This document shows, piece by piece, positions 1 to 14,420 of a stretch of DNA of 64,000 nt. The notes below the pieces were generated by a model. The model ran no database searches, was not told where the DNA came from, and saw only the letters and a program-made list of their open reading frames with translations. The DNA is taken from assembly GCF_009914755.1 (NCBI RefSeq), contig NC_060935.1. One strand, written 5' to 3'. The position numbers and the translations under genes are program-made. Positions within the stretch are counted from its first letter, which is position 1, and the number at the start of each line of letters is the position of its first letter. Source of the stretch: the human T2T-CHM13v2.0 reference genome, Homo sapiens.

Positions 1-299
1 TGCATCTTAGTAAAGCATCGGTTTTCTAACCTAAGAAAAAATGGAAGTGATAACATTAATACCTTCTATATTGTGTTATGAGGGCCAAATAAAATAATAA
101 AGATGCAGTTACTATAAAAATATAGCATTCTCCAATGTCCTATATATGGTATCAGTATTATTAGAAATATAAATACCCCTGTAAAATCTCAGCTCAGATA
201 ATATTTTACTTAGAGCAAATTACTCAGTAGTTATCCAAAAGAAACTGAGCTCAACAATCTAGTCTTAACATGAGGAAAGAAGCAAAACTGTCCCTCAAT

Positions 300-1400
<1,101 letters not shown>

Positions 1401-3665
1401 CACCGAAAGGAAAGGGAGAAAAAGTTCAAAATGTAAACCATGGTTAAATTGTGAAAGACTTTGTACTTCATGCTAAAGAACTTGGAATTTGTCCTGCAGG
1501 CAGTAGGTTTTATGCATACAAAGTGATGTGACAAGTTTGTATTTCTTAAAAGTAACTCTAGAGGGACATGCAGGATGGAATAAAATGGGGTAAGACTAGA
1601 CGATGATAGATTAGGACAATATTGTAATAGTCCAGGTGAGACATAGCACCACCAGGTAGCAGAATGATCTTAGTGTCTGCTGGCCTAAAAGCAAGGTTAC
1701 TATAGACTCACTGGGGAAAGGAGATAAATGATCTTAAGAACCAAGTGATGATCCAAGTGATGGCAAGCAGATTCCAGTGTGTCCCGCTTTACCACTTGAT
1801 CAATGCATCCCTTGCCTGGACAGTTCTGGAGATATATTGATCAGCCCATTTCAAAACATTCACATTTCTCCAGGAAATGTTCATTGAGTGCTTCCACCAG
1901 TTAGGTAACAGGCCAATACTTGACCTAGACTCTATGGTTTAAAAAGAAAATAGATGGGATTGGGAATCAAAATACCTGAATTATTCAAACCCCGCTACTG
2001 CAGAATAAACAAACCTCATTGAAATATTTATTGGTTACCATACATATGCATTATTATCCTCACATCCATGTTTCTATTCAGTGATCATTCTCAGGCATAT
2101 GGTATATGTCAGGATTGAACACACTTTGAATTGAACCTTTTGTTTAAGAGTGATGAGGTGGTAAATTGTTTTCATGTTGCAGCTCAGTCAGAAATATTTT
2201 TTACTGGCCTTTTGCTGAACAAGGAAAATATCCACTAATCATGCAGGTAAGCCTTAGCATTTTGTCAGTTTTCTTGTATGCACAGGTAAAGTCAATGATG
2301 AGTATTTTCAAGCAGCAAGAATTCTTGTTTACAGTTTATATGTACTGAGTGAACTTATCTCTTCTTTCCTACCTAAGTCTAGGCCAAAAAACGCTTCAAT
2401 TTTTTTTAATTGGATGTTAGCCTGTTGCTTTAAAAAAAATAAACTTTACTTTTAGAGCAGTTTTCGGTTCACAGCAAACTTGAGCAAACTACACAGAGAT
2501 ATCCCATATACTCCCCCCACATACACATAACATCCCTCATGATCAAAATTCCCCACCACGGTTGCACATTTGTTATAATTGGTGAACCTACACATTATTA
2601 TCACCCAAAGTCCATAGTTCACATTACGGTTCACACTAGGTGTTGTACATTCTATGGGTGTAAATGAATTTATAAGGACGTGCATCAATCACTATAGTAT
2701 CATACAGAGCAGTCTCACCTCCCTAAAAGTCCTCTGTGCTTTGCCTATACATCCTTCTCTCCCTCTTTTCCTCATCTTTTATTGTCTCTATAGTTTTGCC
2801 TTTTCCAGAATGTTATATATTTGGAATCATATAGTATGTAGCCTGTGCAGATTGGCTTCTTTCACTTAGTAATATGCATTTACATTTCCTCCATGGCTTT
2901 TCATGGCTTTATAGCTCCTATCTTTTCATGCTGAATAATACTCCATTATCTGGATGTACCATAGTTTATTTGTCTACTGAAGGACATCTTGGTTACTTCC
3001 AGCTTTTGACAATTATGAATAAAGCTGTTATAAACACTAGTCTTCAGGTTTTGGTGTAGAAATGTTTACAGTTTATTTGGGTAAGCATTAAGGAGTGTGA
3101 TTGCTGGATAATACAGTAAGAGTATGTTTAGCTTTGTAAGAAGCTGCCAAACTGTCTTTCAGAGTGGCTGTACTATTTTGCATTCTGCTCCAAAATGAAT
3201 GAGCACTCTTATTGCTCCACATCCTCACCGACCAGCATTGATGTTGTTGGTGTTTCAAATTTTGGCCATTCTACTAGGTGTGTAGTGGTATCTCAGTGTT
3301 GTTTCATTTGCAATTTCCTAATGACGTATGATGTTGATTTTTTTTGTATGCTTCTCTGCCATCTGTATACCTTCTTTGGTGAAGTGTGTGTTTAGAACTT
3401 TTGTAATTTATGAATCAGGTTGTTCATTTTCTTTTTGTTAAGTCTTAAGAGTTCTAAGTACATTTTAGATACCCTCTATCAAATAAGCCTTTTGCAAATA
3501 TTTTCTCCTAGTCTGTGGCTTGTTTCTTATTCTCTTGTCTCTTATTCTTTTTTGGTCTTTCATAGAACTAGAATTTTTGGTTTTAATGAAATCCCACTTA
3601 TCAATAATTACTCTCCTGAATGGTGTCTTTGGTGTTGTGACCAAAAAGTCATCACCATACCCAAG

Positions 3666-4030
3666 TGTCTTAGTTCATTCAGGTTACCGTAACAAAATAC
3701 CATAAACTAATTGGCTAACAAACAATAGAAATTTATTTCTTAGAGTTCTGGGGATCCCTTGATCTTGAAAATCAATGGGCCAGCCATCCAGCGTCTGGAT
3801 AGGGCCCACTTCCAGACTCCCAAATGGTGCTTTCTTGCTTTGTTCTCACATAGCAAAAGGAATGAGACAGGTCTCTGGGACTTCTTTTTTAAGGGTGCTA
3901 ATCTCATTTGTGAGGACCCTGCCCCCATCACTGAATCACTTCCCAAAGGTCCCACCTCCTAATACCATCATGTCAGTTACTAGGTTTCAACATATAAATT
4001 TTGGAGGGCACAAACACTCAGACCATAGCA
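3666..4030 (-). mobile_element. MaLR solo LTR (MSTD/MLT1A-like)
   Basis: tgtcttagttcattcagg...cagaccatagca; 5-bp TSD CCAAG at 3661-3665 and 4031-4035. Confidence 0.85.
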
Positions 4031-6797
4031 CCAAGGTCACATAGATTTTCTCCTATGTTACCTTTTAGAAGTTTCATTGTTTCCATTTTAATTTAGGTAT
4101 ATAATTTATTTTGATTTAATTATTGTGAAGAGTGTAAAGTCTGTATCTAGATTAGTAATTTGGGTTTTTTGTTGGTTTGTTTGTTTTGCATGCAGATATC
4201 CAGATGTTACAGCATCTTTTTTTGAAAAGACTATCTTTGCTACATTGTATTGCCTTTGCTTTTTTGTCAAAGGTCAAAGATTATTTATGTGGGTATATTT
4301 TTGTGCTCTCTATTATGTTCCATTGATCTATTTATCTGTTCTTTTACCAATATCACACTGTCTTGATTAGTGTAGCTTTATAAGAGGTCTTGGAGTTGGA
4401 TAGTGTCAGTCTTCCACCTTCTTCTCCTTTAATTTTGGGCTATTATTGGTCCTTTGGCTCTCTATATAAACTTAAGAATCAGTTTGTCAATATCCACAAA
4501 ATAACTTACTGGGATTTTTATTGAGATTTCATTAAATCTGTAGATAAAGGTGGGAAGAACTAGCATCTTGTCAATATTGAGTCTTCCTATTCACAAATAC
4601 AGTATGTCTCCATTTTTTTGTTCTTGTTAGGTTTCTTTCATCAGAGTTTTGTCATTTTCCTCACATAGATCTTGTGCATATTTTGTCAGATTTAAATCTA
4701 ATGATTTCATTATTTAGGGAGTTAAAATAAGTGGCACTGTATTTTAAATTTCAAATTCTACTTGTTCATTATTGCTATATCAGGAAGTGATTGACTTTTG
4801 TATGTTCACTTTGTATACTGCAACCTTGCTCTAGCTGCTTATTACTTCCAGAAGGTTTTTTTTAATTTTTTCCAATCTTCTACATAGATGACCACATTAT
4901 CGTGAACAAAGGCAGTTTTATTTTTTTCCTTCCCAATTAGAACACCTTTTATTTTATGTTATTGTCTTATTCCATTAATTAGTATCTCCAGGACAATGTT
5001 AAAAAGGAGTGGTGAGAAGAGACACCCTTGTCTTGCTCCTGATCTTAACAGAAAAGCTTCCAGTTTCTCTCCACTAAGTATGACGTTAGCTGTAAACATT
5101 TTATAGATGGCCTTTATTAAGTTGAGGAAGTTTCCTTCTATTCCTAGTTTGCTGAGAGTTTTTATTATAAATGGATATTGTATCATAAATGGGTGATATA
5201 ATCATGTATTTTTTTTCTTTGGCTTATTCCTGTGATGGATTACATTAATAGATCTGCCAAAGTTGAACCAGCTCTGCATACCTGGAGTAAACCCAACTGG
5301 TTGTGGTGTACAATTTTTTTTTAACCTTGTTGGATTTGACTTGCTAATATTTCATTGAGGATTTTTTTATCTATGTTCATGAGAGATATTGGTCTGTAGT
5401 TTTCTTTCTTGCAATGTTTTTCTGACTTTGGTATTAGGGTAATGCTGGCTTCATAGAATAAGTTAAGAAGTATTCCCTCTGCTCCTTCTAGAAGAGATTT
5501 CAGAAAAACGACATGATATCTTGCTTAAATGTTTGATAGAATTCACCAGTGAACCCATAGGGACATGAAGCTTTCTGTTTTGGAAGGTTGTTAATTATTG
5601 ATCCAGTTTCTTTAATAAAAATATAGGCCTATTCCTGTCATATAGTTCTTCTTGTGCAAGTTTGGCAGATTGTATTGTTCAAGAAATTGGGTCTGTCTCA
5701 TCTAGATTATCATATTATGGGGTTATAGTTGTTTGTAATATTCCTTTACTATCTTTTTAATATGTGTGGGATCTGTATTGGTGTCCCTTCTATTATTTCT
5801 GACATTAGTAATTTGCGTCTTCTTTCCTTTTTGCTTAGTAAGCCTGGCTAGAGGCTTATCAATTTTATTGATCTTTTCAAAGAAACAGCTTTTGGGTTGG
5901 TTGATTTTCTCTATTAATTTTCTGTTTGCAATTTCATTGATTTCTACTATAATTTTTCTTATTTCTTTTATTCTGCTCACTTTGGATTTAATTTGCTCTT
6001 CTTTTTCTACTTTCCTAAGGTGGAAGCTCAGATGATTGATTTTACATCTTTCTTTTCTAATACATGCATACAACGCTATAACTCTCCCTCTGAGCACTGC
6101 TTTCGCTGTACTTCACAAATTTTGGTAAGATATGTTTTCATTTGTAGTTAGTTCAAAGTATTTTTTAAATTCTTTTGAGATTTCTTCTTTGACCTATGTG
6201 TTATTCAGAAGTGTGTTGTATAATCTCCAAGTATTTGGGGATTTTTTATCTTTCTGTTATTGATTTCTAGTTTAATTCCATCATGGTTTGAGAGAAGACA
6301 TTTTATAATTTCTATTGTTTTAAGTTATATTTTATGATCCAGAATGTATTCTATCTTGTTGGTTGTTCCATATGAGCTTGGAAAAATGTATATTCTGCTG
6401 TTTTTGGATGAAATAGTCAATAGCTGTCAATTTTGTCCAGTTGATTGACGGTGTTGTTGAGTTTAACTGTGCCATTACTGATTTTCTGCATGTTGGATCT
6501 GTTCATTTCTAATAGAGGGGTGTTGAACTCTCCAACTATAATCATGGATTTATCGATTACTCCTTGCAGTTCTATCAGTTTTTGCCTTATGTATTTTAAT
6601 GTTCTGTTGTTAGGCACATACACATTAAGAATTGTTATGTCTTAATGAAGTTTTGACCTCTTTATAATTATGTGATGTCCCTTTTAATTCCTGATAATAT
6701 TTCTTAATCTGAAGACTGCTTTGTCTGAAGTTAACACAGCTACATCAGCTTTCTTTTGGTTAGTGTCAGCAAGGCATATCTTTCTTCATCTCCTTAC

Positions 6798-7105
6798 TTT
6801 TTTTTTTTTTTTTTTTTTTGAGACAGAGTCTCACTCTGTTGCCCAGGCTGGAGTGCAATGGAGAGCAATGTTGGCTCACTGCAACCTCTGCCTCCCAGGT
6901 TCAAGGGATTCTCCTGCCTCAGCCTCCTGAGTAGCTGGGATTAGAGTTGCTCACCACCACACCCAGCTAATGTTTGTATTTTTACTAGGTATGGGGCTTC
7001 ACGCCATGTTGGCCAGGCTGTTCTAGAACTCCTGGCCTTAAGTGATCTTCCCACATTGGCCTTTCAAAGTGCTGGGATCACAGACATGAGCCACCATGCC
7101 CAGCC
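6798..7105 (-). mobile_element. Alu (J/S)
   Basis: Alu dimer with polyT; TSD tcttcatctc(c/t)tta on both sides. Confidence 0.95.
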
Positions 7106-8608
7106 TCTTCATCTCTTTAATCTATAATATGCCTTTATATTAAAGTGGGGGTTTTGTATCCAACATGTAATTGGGTTTTGCTTGTTGATCCATCTTGACA
7201 ATCTCTTTCTTTTAATTTGTCTGTTGAGACCATTCACATTCAAATTTATTGTTGATAGATACAGAGAAAGATGGTGGAAAAGGATTTTCCAGCAATTATC
7301 CCCCTGCAGAAATTTCAATTGGAACAACTATCCAAGCATAAAAATGCCTTCACAAGAGAGAAAAAACAAACAAAGAAATGGGAGATGACAGAACCTGGTT
7401 GTAGCAAAATAATAAGAAAAGATGTATTGAAGAAGGCAAATGGGACACTTACACATTATCTCCATCACCCCCGCCTAACCCCAGGCAATACAGCATAGAG
7501 AGAGAGAAAGAGAGAGACACTGTCCACTGGGTAAAAGAGAGGGCAGTGAGCACAAGACTGCCTTGAACCCCAACGCTGGGCCTATTGTAGTAAAACTCAG
7601 CACCAGGCAGACCCCCACAGTTTCATATTTCAAACCAGTACCCATGGATTGAGCCTAAAGACTCACTAAAATGCCAGGCTGAACTACATAGACATAAGCT
7701 TCAAGCTTATGACAAACTCTAACCCCAGACCACACAACAGCCGGCCAACATCAGTGGCCCTGGGCTCCAGACAGCCCTCAGCATCAGGTAGGCTTCAGTG
7801 GTCCCTAGGCTTCAGGCACATTCCATTGCCATGCTGGCCGTATCTAACCCAGGCTTCTGGCCTGCCCAAGTGCCACACCTGCCAAACAGGCCCTAGGCTT
7901 CTGGCAGCACTGTGCCAGCTGCAGCTACCTTGAACTTCTAGTGTGCCCCAGCACCATACCTGCTACAGGGCCTTCCTAGACAAAACCAGTCTGTAAAAAT
8001 TGGAATAAGGACCTAGTCTTTCAAATACTCAGACATCAACACTCAACCACAGAATCAAGAACAATCAGGAAAACATAGCATCACTAAATGGACAAAATAA
8101 GAAGACAGTGGCTTTTTATTGAAATTGAGATATATGAACTACCAGACAAAGCCATTCAAAACATTCCATCTAACAGCTATAGAATACATTCCTCTCCACT
8201 GGATATGGAACATCCTCCAGGTTTGATCATATGTTAGGCTACAAAACTATTCTTGACAAATTTAAGAAGATGAAATCATATCAAGTATCTTTTCTAACCA
8301 TAACCGTATAAAACTAGAAATCAATAAGAGGAGCAATTTCTGAAAACTCACAAATATGTGGAAATTAAACAACATACTCCTGAACAATTTTAATGAAAAA
8401 ATGTTAAAGAAATTTTAAAATTGTGGGGACAAATGAAAATGGAAACACAACATATCAAAACCTGTGGGATACGGCAAAGCAGTTCTAAGAGAAAGTTTAT
8501 AGCAACAAATAAATACGTAAGAAGAAAAATCTCAAATACACTACCATTGCACCTCAAGGAACTAAGAAAAACAAGAACAAACTAAGCTCAAAGTTAATGG
8601 AAGGAAAA

Positions 8609-9069
<461 letters not shown>

Positions 9070-9180
9070 TCAGAAATGAAAAAAGAGATATTACATACTG
9101 CATTATGGAGAAATAAAAAATCTGAACAGACCAATAATAAATAAGGAGATGTAATCAGTAGTAAAGAGTCTCCCATCAAA

Positions 9181-9716
9181 ATTGTGGATTTATTTCTATG
9201 CTCTCTATTCTGTTTTTTTTGGTTCATGTGTCTTGTTTTTATGCCAGTACCAAACTGTTCTGATTACTATAGCTTTGTAGTATATTTTGAAGTCAGATAG
9301 AGTGATGTGTCCAGATTTATTCTTTTTGCTCAGGATTGCTTTGGCAATCGGGGTCTTTTGTGGTTTCATACAAATTTTAGGATTATTTATTTCTGTGACA
9401 AATGTTATTGGCATTTTGATAGGGATTTCATTGAATCTGTAGATTACTTAGGGTAATATGGACATTTTAACAATATTAATTCTTCCCATCCATGGACACA
9501 GGATATCTTTCCATTTATTTGTGCCTTCTTCAATTTCTTTCACCAATGTTTTACAGTTTTCAGTGTAAAGATCTTTTACTTCTTAAATCTGTTCCTAAGT
9601 ATTTTATTTTTTGGAGCTATTGTAAATGGAGTTGTTTTCTTGATTTCTTTTTCAGATAGTTCACTAGTAATGTATAGAAGTGCTACTAATTGTTTTGTAT
9701 ATTGATTTTGTATCCT
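9181..9716 (-). mobile_element. Inverted L1 ORF2 fragment inside the L1MA
   Basis: Splits host tcccatcaaa|aaaagctcaggacc; ORF 9205-9414 ([27 protein letters not shown]) is L1 ORF2. Confidence 0.9.
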
Positions 9717-10325
9717 AAAAAGCTCAGGACCTGATGGCTTCATTGCTGAATTCTATCAAATTTTTTTTTAAAAAACCTAATACCAATTCTTCTCAAACCA
9801 TTTCAAACAATTAAAGAAATACTTCCAAACTTATTTTAAGAGGCCAGCCCCACCCTGATACCAAAGCCAAAGACACTACACAAAAGAAAACTATAGATCA
9901 ATATCCCTGATTAACATAGATGCAAACATCCTTAACAAAATACTAGCAAACTGAATTTGACAGTACATTTTAAAAAATCATTCACCCTGATCAAGTTGGA
10001 TTCATCCCAAAAATGCAAAAATGAGTCAACAGACATAAATCACATTGACAGAACCAATGAAAAAAAACATATAATCATTCCAAGGGATGCAGAAACAGCA
10101 GTTCACAAAATTTAATACCTTTTCATAATAAAATCTCTCAACAAATTAGGTATAAAAGGAATGTACCTCAATACAACAAAGGTCATACATGACAAACCCA
10201 CAACTTACATCATACTCAGTGAGGAAAAGTTGAAATCTTTTTATTTAAGATCCAGAACAAGACAAGGATGCCCACTCTTACCACTTCTATTTCATATAGT
10301 ACTGGAGCTCCAAGCCAGAGCAATT

Positions 10326-10561
10326 CGTAATAGTGAATAAATCTCATGAGATCTGATGGTTTTATAAAGGGGAGTTCCTCTGTATGTGCTCTCTCTTGCC
10401 TGCCACCCTGTAAGACAGGCCTTTGCTTCTCCTTTGCCTTCCACCATGATTGTGAGGCCTCCCCAGCCATGTGGAACAGTGAGTCCATTAAACTTCCTTT
10501 CTTTTTAAATTATCCAGTCTCAAGTATGTCTTTATTAGCAGTGTGAGAACAGACAAATACA
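10326..10561 (+). mobile_element. THE1 (MaLR) LTR, 5'-truncated
   Basis: atctcatgagatctgatggttttataaagggg...ccaccatgattgtgaggcctccccagccatgtggaac...aataca. Confidence 0.9.
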
Positions 10562-12301
10562 TTACCCAAAGCAATCTACACATTCACTGAAATCCCTATA
10601 AAAATGCCAAAGACATTTGTCACAGAAATAGATAAAAACAATGCTCAAATTTGTACGAAACCACAAAAGACCCTGAGTAGCCAAAGTAATCCTGAGCAAA
10701 AAGAATAAATCTGGACACATCACTCTACCTGAATTCAAAATATACTACAAAGCTATAGTAATCAAAATAATATGGTACTGGCATAAAACTGGATACATGG
10801 ACAAAAAAAAAAAACAGAAAAGAGGTCCCAGAAATAAATTCAAATACTTACAGTCAATTGATTTTTGACAAAGGCACTAAGAACACACATAGGGCAAAAA
10901 CAGTCTCTTCAATAAACAGTGCGCAGAAAACTGAATATCCACAGGTAGAAGAGTAAAACTGGACCCTTATCTCACACTACATACAAAAATCAACTCAAAA
11001 TGGATTAAAGACATAAATCTAAAACCCAAAACTATGAAACTACTAGAAAAAGACATAGGAGGAAATCATCATGACATGAATCTAAGCAATTACTTTTTGG
11101 ATATGACCCCAAAAGCATAAGCAATAAAAGCAAAAATAGACAAATGGAATTATAAAAACTAAAAATCTTCAAAGCAAAGCAATCAATAGAGTGAAGAGAC
11201 AACTTACAGAATGGGAGAAAATATTTGCCAACTATATATCTGATTAAAAAATTAATATGCAAATTATAAAAGGAACTCAAACAACTCAATAGTGAAAAAA
11301 AAAAAAACTCAATTTAAAAATGGCAAAGGATCTGAATAGACATCCCTCCAAAGAAGATACAAATTGCCAAAAGGTATGTGAAAAAACGCTTGTCACTAAG
11401 CATCAGGGAAATGCAAGTCAAAACCACAAAGAGATCTTCTCACCCCACCTAAAACAGCTGTGATTAAAATGACAAGAGATAACAAGTGTTAGCAAGAGCA
11501 GAGAAAATGCAATCCTAGGACACTGTTGGTAGAAATGTAAATTAGTAAAGCCATAATGGAAAATAGTATGAAGTTTCCTCAAAAAATTAAAAATAGAACT
11601 TCCATATGATCCAGCAATTCTACTATCGGTAGGCATACAAATAAAATGAAATCAATATGTTGAAGAGATATCTTCACTCCCATGTTTATTGCAGCATTAT
11701 TCACAATAGCTAAGATATGGAGTCAACCTAAGTACCTATCAATGGATGAATAAAGAAAATGTGGTATATATGCACAATAGAATACTGTTTAGCCTAAAAA
11801 TAAGAAAACTCTGTCATTTGTGACAACATGGATGAACCTGGAGGACATTATGTTAAGTGAGATAAGCCAGGTGTAGAAAAACTAATACCACATGATCTCA
11901 CTCATATATGGAATCTGAAAAAGTTGATCGTATAGAAGTGATAATGGTGGTTATCAGGGACTGGGATGGATGTGGGATGGAGGAGTTTGAAAGATGTTGG
12001 CTAAAAGATAAAAAAATTCAGCTAGATAGGAACAATAAATTCAGGAGATCTAATATACAACATGGTGACTACAGTTAATAATATATTATGTTCTTGAAAA
12101 ATGCTATGAGAATGCTGTAACCTGTTCTCACCACAAAAGTGATAATTATGTGGGGTAACACATAGCCTAATCAGCTAGATTTAGTGATTCCACAATGTAC
12201 ATATCAAAATATCATGTTGTACCTAATAATACATGCAATTATATCTGTTCATTTTTAAAGATAAAAATGGAATTGACTGTTGATAGAATTGAATTAGTAT
12301 C

Positions 12302-12500
12302 TTTTTGAAAGTTTTAACTGTTAAATGTAAGGACTACAAAGTGCAATTTTGTTACATGATATATTGTGTAGTGGCCAAGTCTGAATTTTTAATGTACCCA
12401 TTACCCAAATAATGCATACTGCACCCATTATGTAATTTCTCATTGTCCACCTCCCTCCTACTCTGAAACCCTTCTACATCTCCAGTGTCCATTATTCCAC
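12302..12500 (-). mobile_element. L1 3'-end fragment (L1PB/L1MA-like)
   Basis: gtgcaattttgttacatgatatattgtgtagtgg...cccattacccaaataatg. Confidence 0.7.
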
Positions 12501-12547
12501 TGTATTTGTTACTCTGTCCTATTTGTTGCCTTTGCCCTTTTTTCTGT

Positions 12548-13400
12548 TGATAAATAAATAAAATGTTTTATATTCATCAATGGAATATTATTTTGTAACA
12601 AAAAGAAACAAAATTCTGTTACATGCTGTAATATGAATGAACCTTAAAAACATGTTATATGAAAGAATTCATTCACGAAAGACCACATGAGGTATCATCT
12701 CTGCTATGGTTTGGATATTTGCCCCCTCCAAATCTCATGTTGAAATTTGATCTCCAGTGTTGGAGTTGGGGCTTAATGGAAGGTGTTTGAATCACAGAGG
12801 CAGATCCTTCAAGAAGGGTTAGGTGCCATCCTTATGGTAATGAGTGAGTTTTCACTCTATTAGTCCTGTGAGAGCTGAGTGTTCAAAAGAGTCCAGCACA
12901 TCCCTCTCTCTCTTTCTTCCTCTCCCTCCATGTGATCTCTGCACATGCTGGCTCCCCTTCCGTTTTGCCATGATTGGAAGCAGCCTCAGGCCCTCACTGG
13001 ATGCAGATGCTGGTGCCATGTTTCTTGTACAGCCTGCAGAACTATGAACCAAATATATTTTTTTCTTTATAAATTACCCAGCCTCAGATATTCCTTTGTA
13101 GCAACACAAATGGACTAAGATAATCTCATTTATACGAAATGTTCTAAATAGGTAAATCTATAAAGACATAAAGTACATTAGTAGTTGCCTCATATTAAGC
13201 AGGGGGCAGAAATGGGAAATTACTATTAATGGATAAAGGTTTTTGAGGGGGGAGGTGACTAAAATGTTCTAAAATTGATCACAGTAATACCTGCAAAACA
13301 CAATGAATATACTTTAAAGAGCATTGACTTGTACACTCTAAATGAATGAATTGTATGGTATGCGGGTAATAGATCTATAAATCTGTTCTTTCAAAAGAAG
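12548..13400 (+). mobile_element. Old L1M 3' end, interrupted by MSTB
   Basis: atgaatgaaccttaaaaacatg...aatgttctaaaattgatc...gaattgtatggtatg. Confidence 0.75.
12702..13122 (+). mobile_element. MST (MSTB-like) MaLR solo LTR
   Basis: tgctatggtttggatatttgccccctccaaatctcatgttg...; TSD ATCTC on both sides. Confidence 0.9.
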
Positions 13401-13441
13401 AAAAAACATTTTACATCACAACTCAGCTCTCTTTCCATCTT

Positions 13442-13442
<1 letters not shown>

Positions 13443-13480
<38 letters not shown>
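13443..13480. repeat. (CT)n(CA)n microsatellite
   Basis: Directly visible. Confidence 0.95.
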
Positions 13481-13577
13481 AAATATTCAAAGTTTTACAA
13501 AATAGCACTTACCCTTTATAGCCCTCTATTATTTTGTATTCTATTTTATTCTAGTTCGTTAAAAAAATTTCTTGATC

Positions 13578-14420
13578 TATGTTCTGGTTACATAGTGCTG
13601 CATAACAAAACTTAGAGCTTAAAAACAACATGTTAATATTATTTCAAGAGTTTCTGTGGGTCGAATGGCCCCACTGGGTGGTTCTTGCTTGGAGTTTTTC
13701 ACGCACTTGTAGTCAGAAGGCTGAGGCTGCAGACTTCTGAAGATTCATTTGTGTTGGATATCCTAGAGGACTCATATGGTTGGCAATAGATGCTGGCTGG
13801 CAGCTGGGAGCTCAGATCTGGTTGTTGACTAAGCAGCTATACTTGGCTTCTCCATGTGGTCTGGGTTCTCACAGCTTGGCATCTGGGTTCCCACAGAGAG
13901 TGTCCCAAGAATGAGCTTTGCAAGACACCTGAGCGGAACCTGCAAGCTTCCTTATGACCTGGCCTCCAAAGTCCCAGAATGACACTTCTGATGCCTTCTA
14001 TTGGCCAAACCGATTACTAAGGCCAACCCAGATTCAAGAGGTAACACGGACTCCTTTTTCTTAATAATGAGAGTCAGAGAATGTGTGATCATATTTAATT
14101 TTTTTTTTTTTTTTTTTTGAGATGGAGTCTCCCTCTGTCACACAGGCTGGAGTACAGTGGTGGGATCTCGGCTCACTGCAACCTCTCCTTCCTGGGTTCA
14201 AGCGATTCTCCTGCCTCAGCCTCCCAAAGTAGCTGAGATTACAGGCACTTGCCACCACACCCAGCTAACGTTTGTATTTTTAGTAGAGATGGGGTTTCAC
14301 CATGTTGGCCAGGCTGGTCTCGAATTCCTGGCCTCATGTGATCCACCCGCCTTGGCATCCCAAAGTGCTGGGATTACAGGTGTGAGTTACTGCACCCAGC
14401 TGACCATATTTAATTGATCA
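13578..14420 (-). mobile_element. Old MLT1-type MaLR LTR interrupted by Alu
   Basis: gtgctgcataacaaaacttagagcttaaaaacaac...ctattggccaaacc...aggccaacccagattcaag. Confidence 0.65.
14099..14400 (-). mobile_element. AluS
   Basis: Alu dimer; TSD tga(t/c)catatttaatt. Confidence 0.95.

Larger units (their letters stand above)
2432..7260 (-). mobile_element. Old L1 (L1MC1-like), 3' UTR and decayed ORF2; resumes briefly at ~12289-12545
   Basis: L1MC-type 3' end (ttttagagcagttttcggttcacagcaaa); minus-strand ORFs 4959-5186 ([16 protein letters not shown]), 5723-6097 and 6417-6623 (YVPNNR..IIVGEFNTPL) are L1 ORF2 RT/EN pieces. Confidence 0.9.

Noticed and set aside
1649-1662. CTCF-like CCACCAGGTAGCAG
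   Set aside because: Mismatch at a highly conserved G, and adjacent to L2-derived sequence
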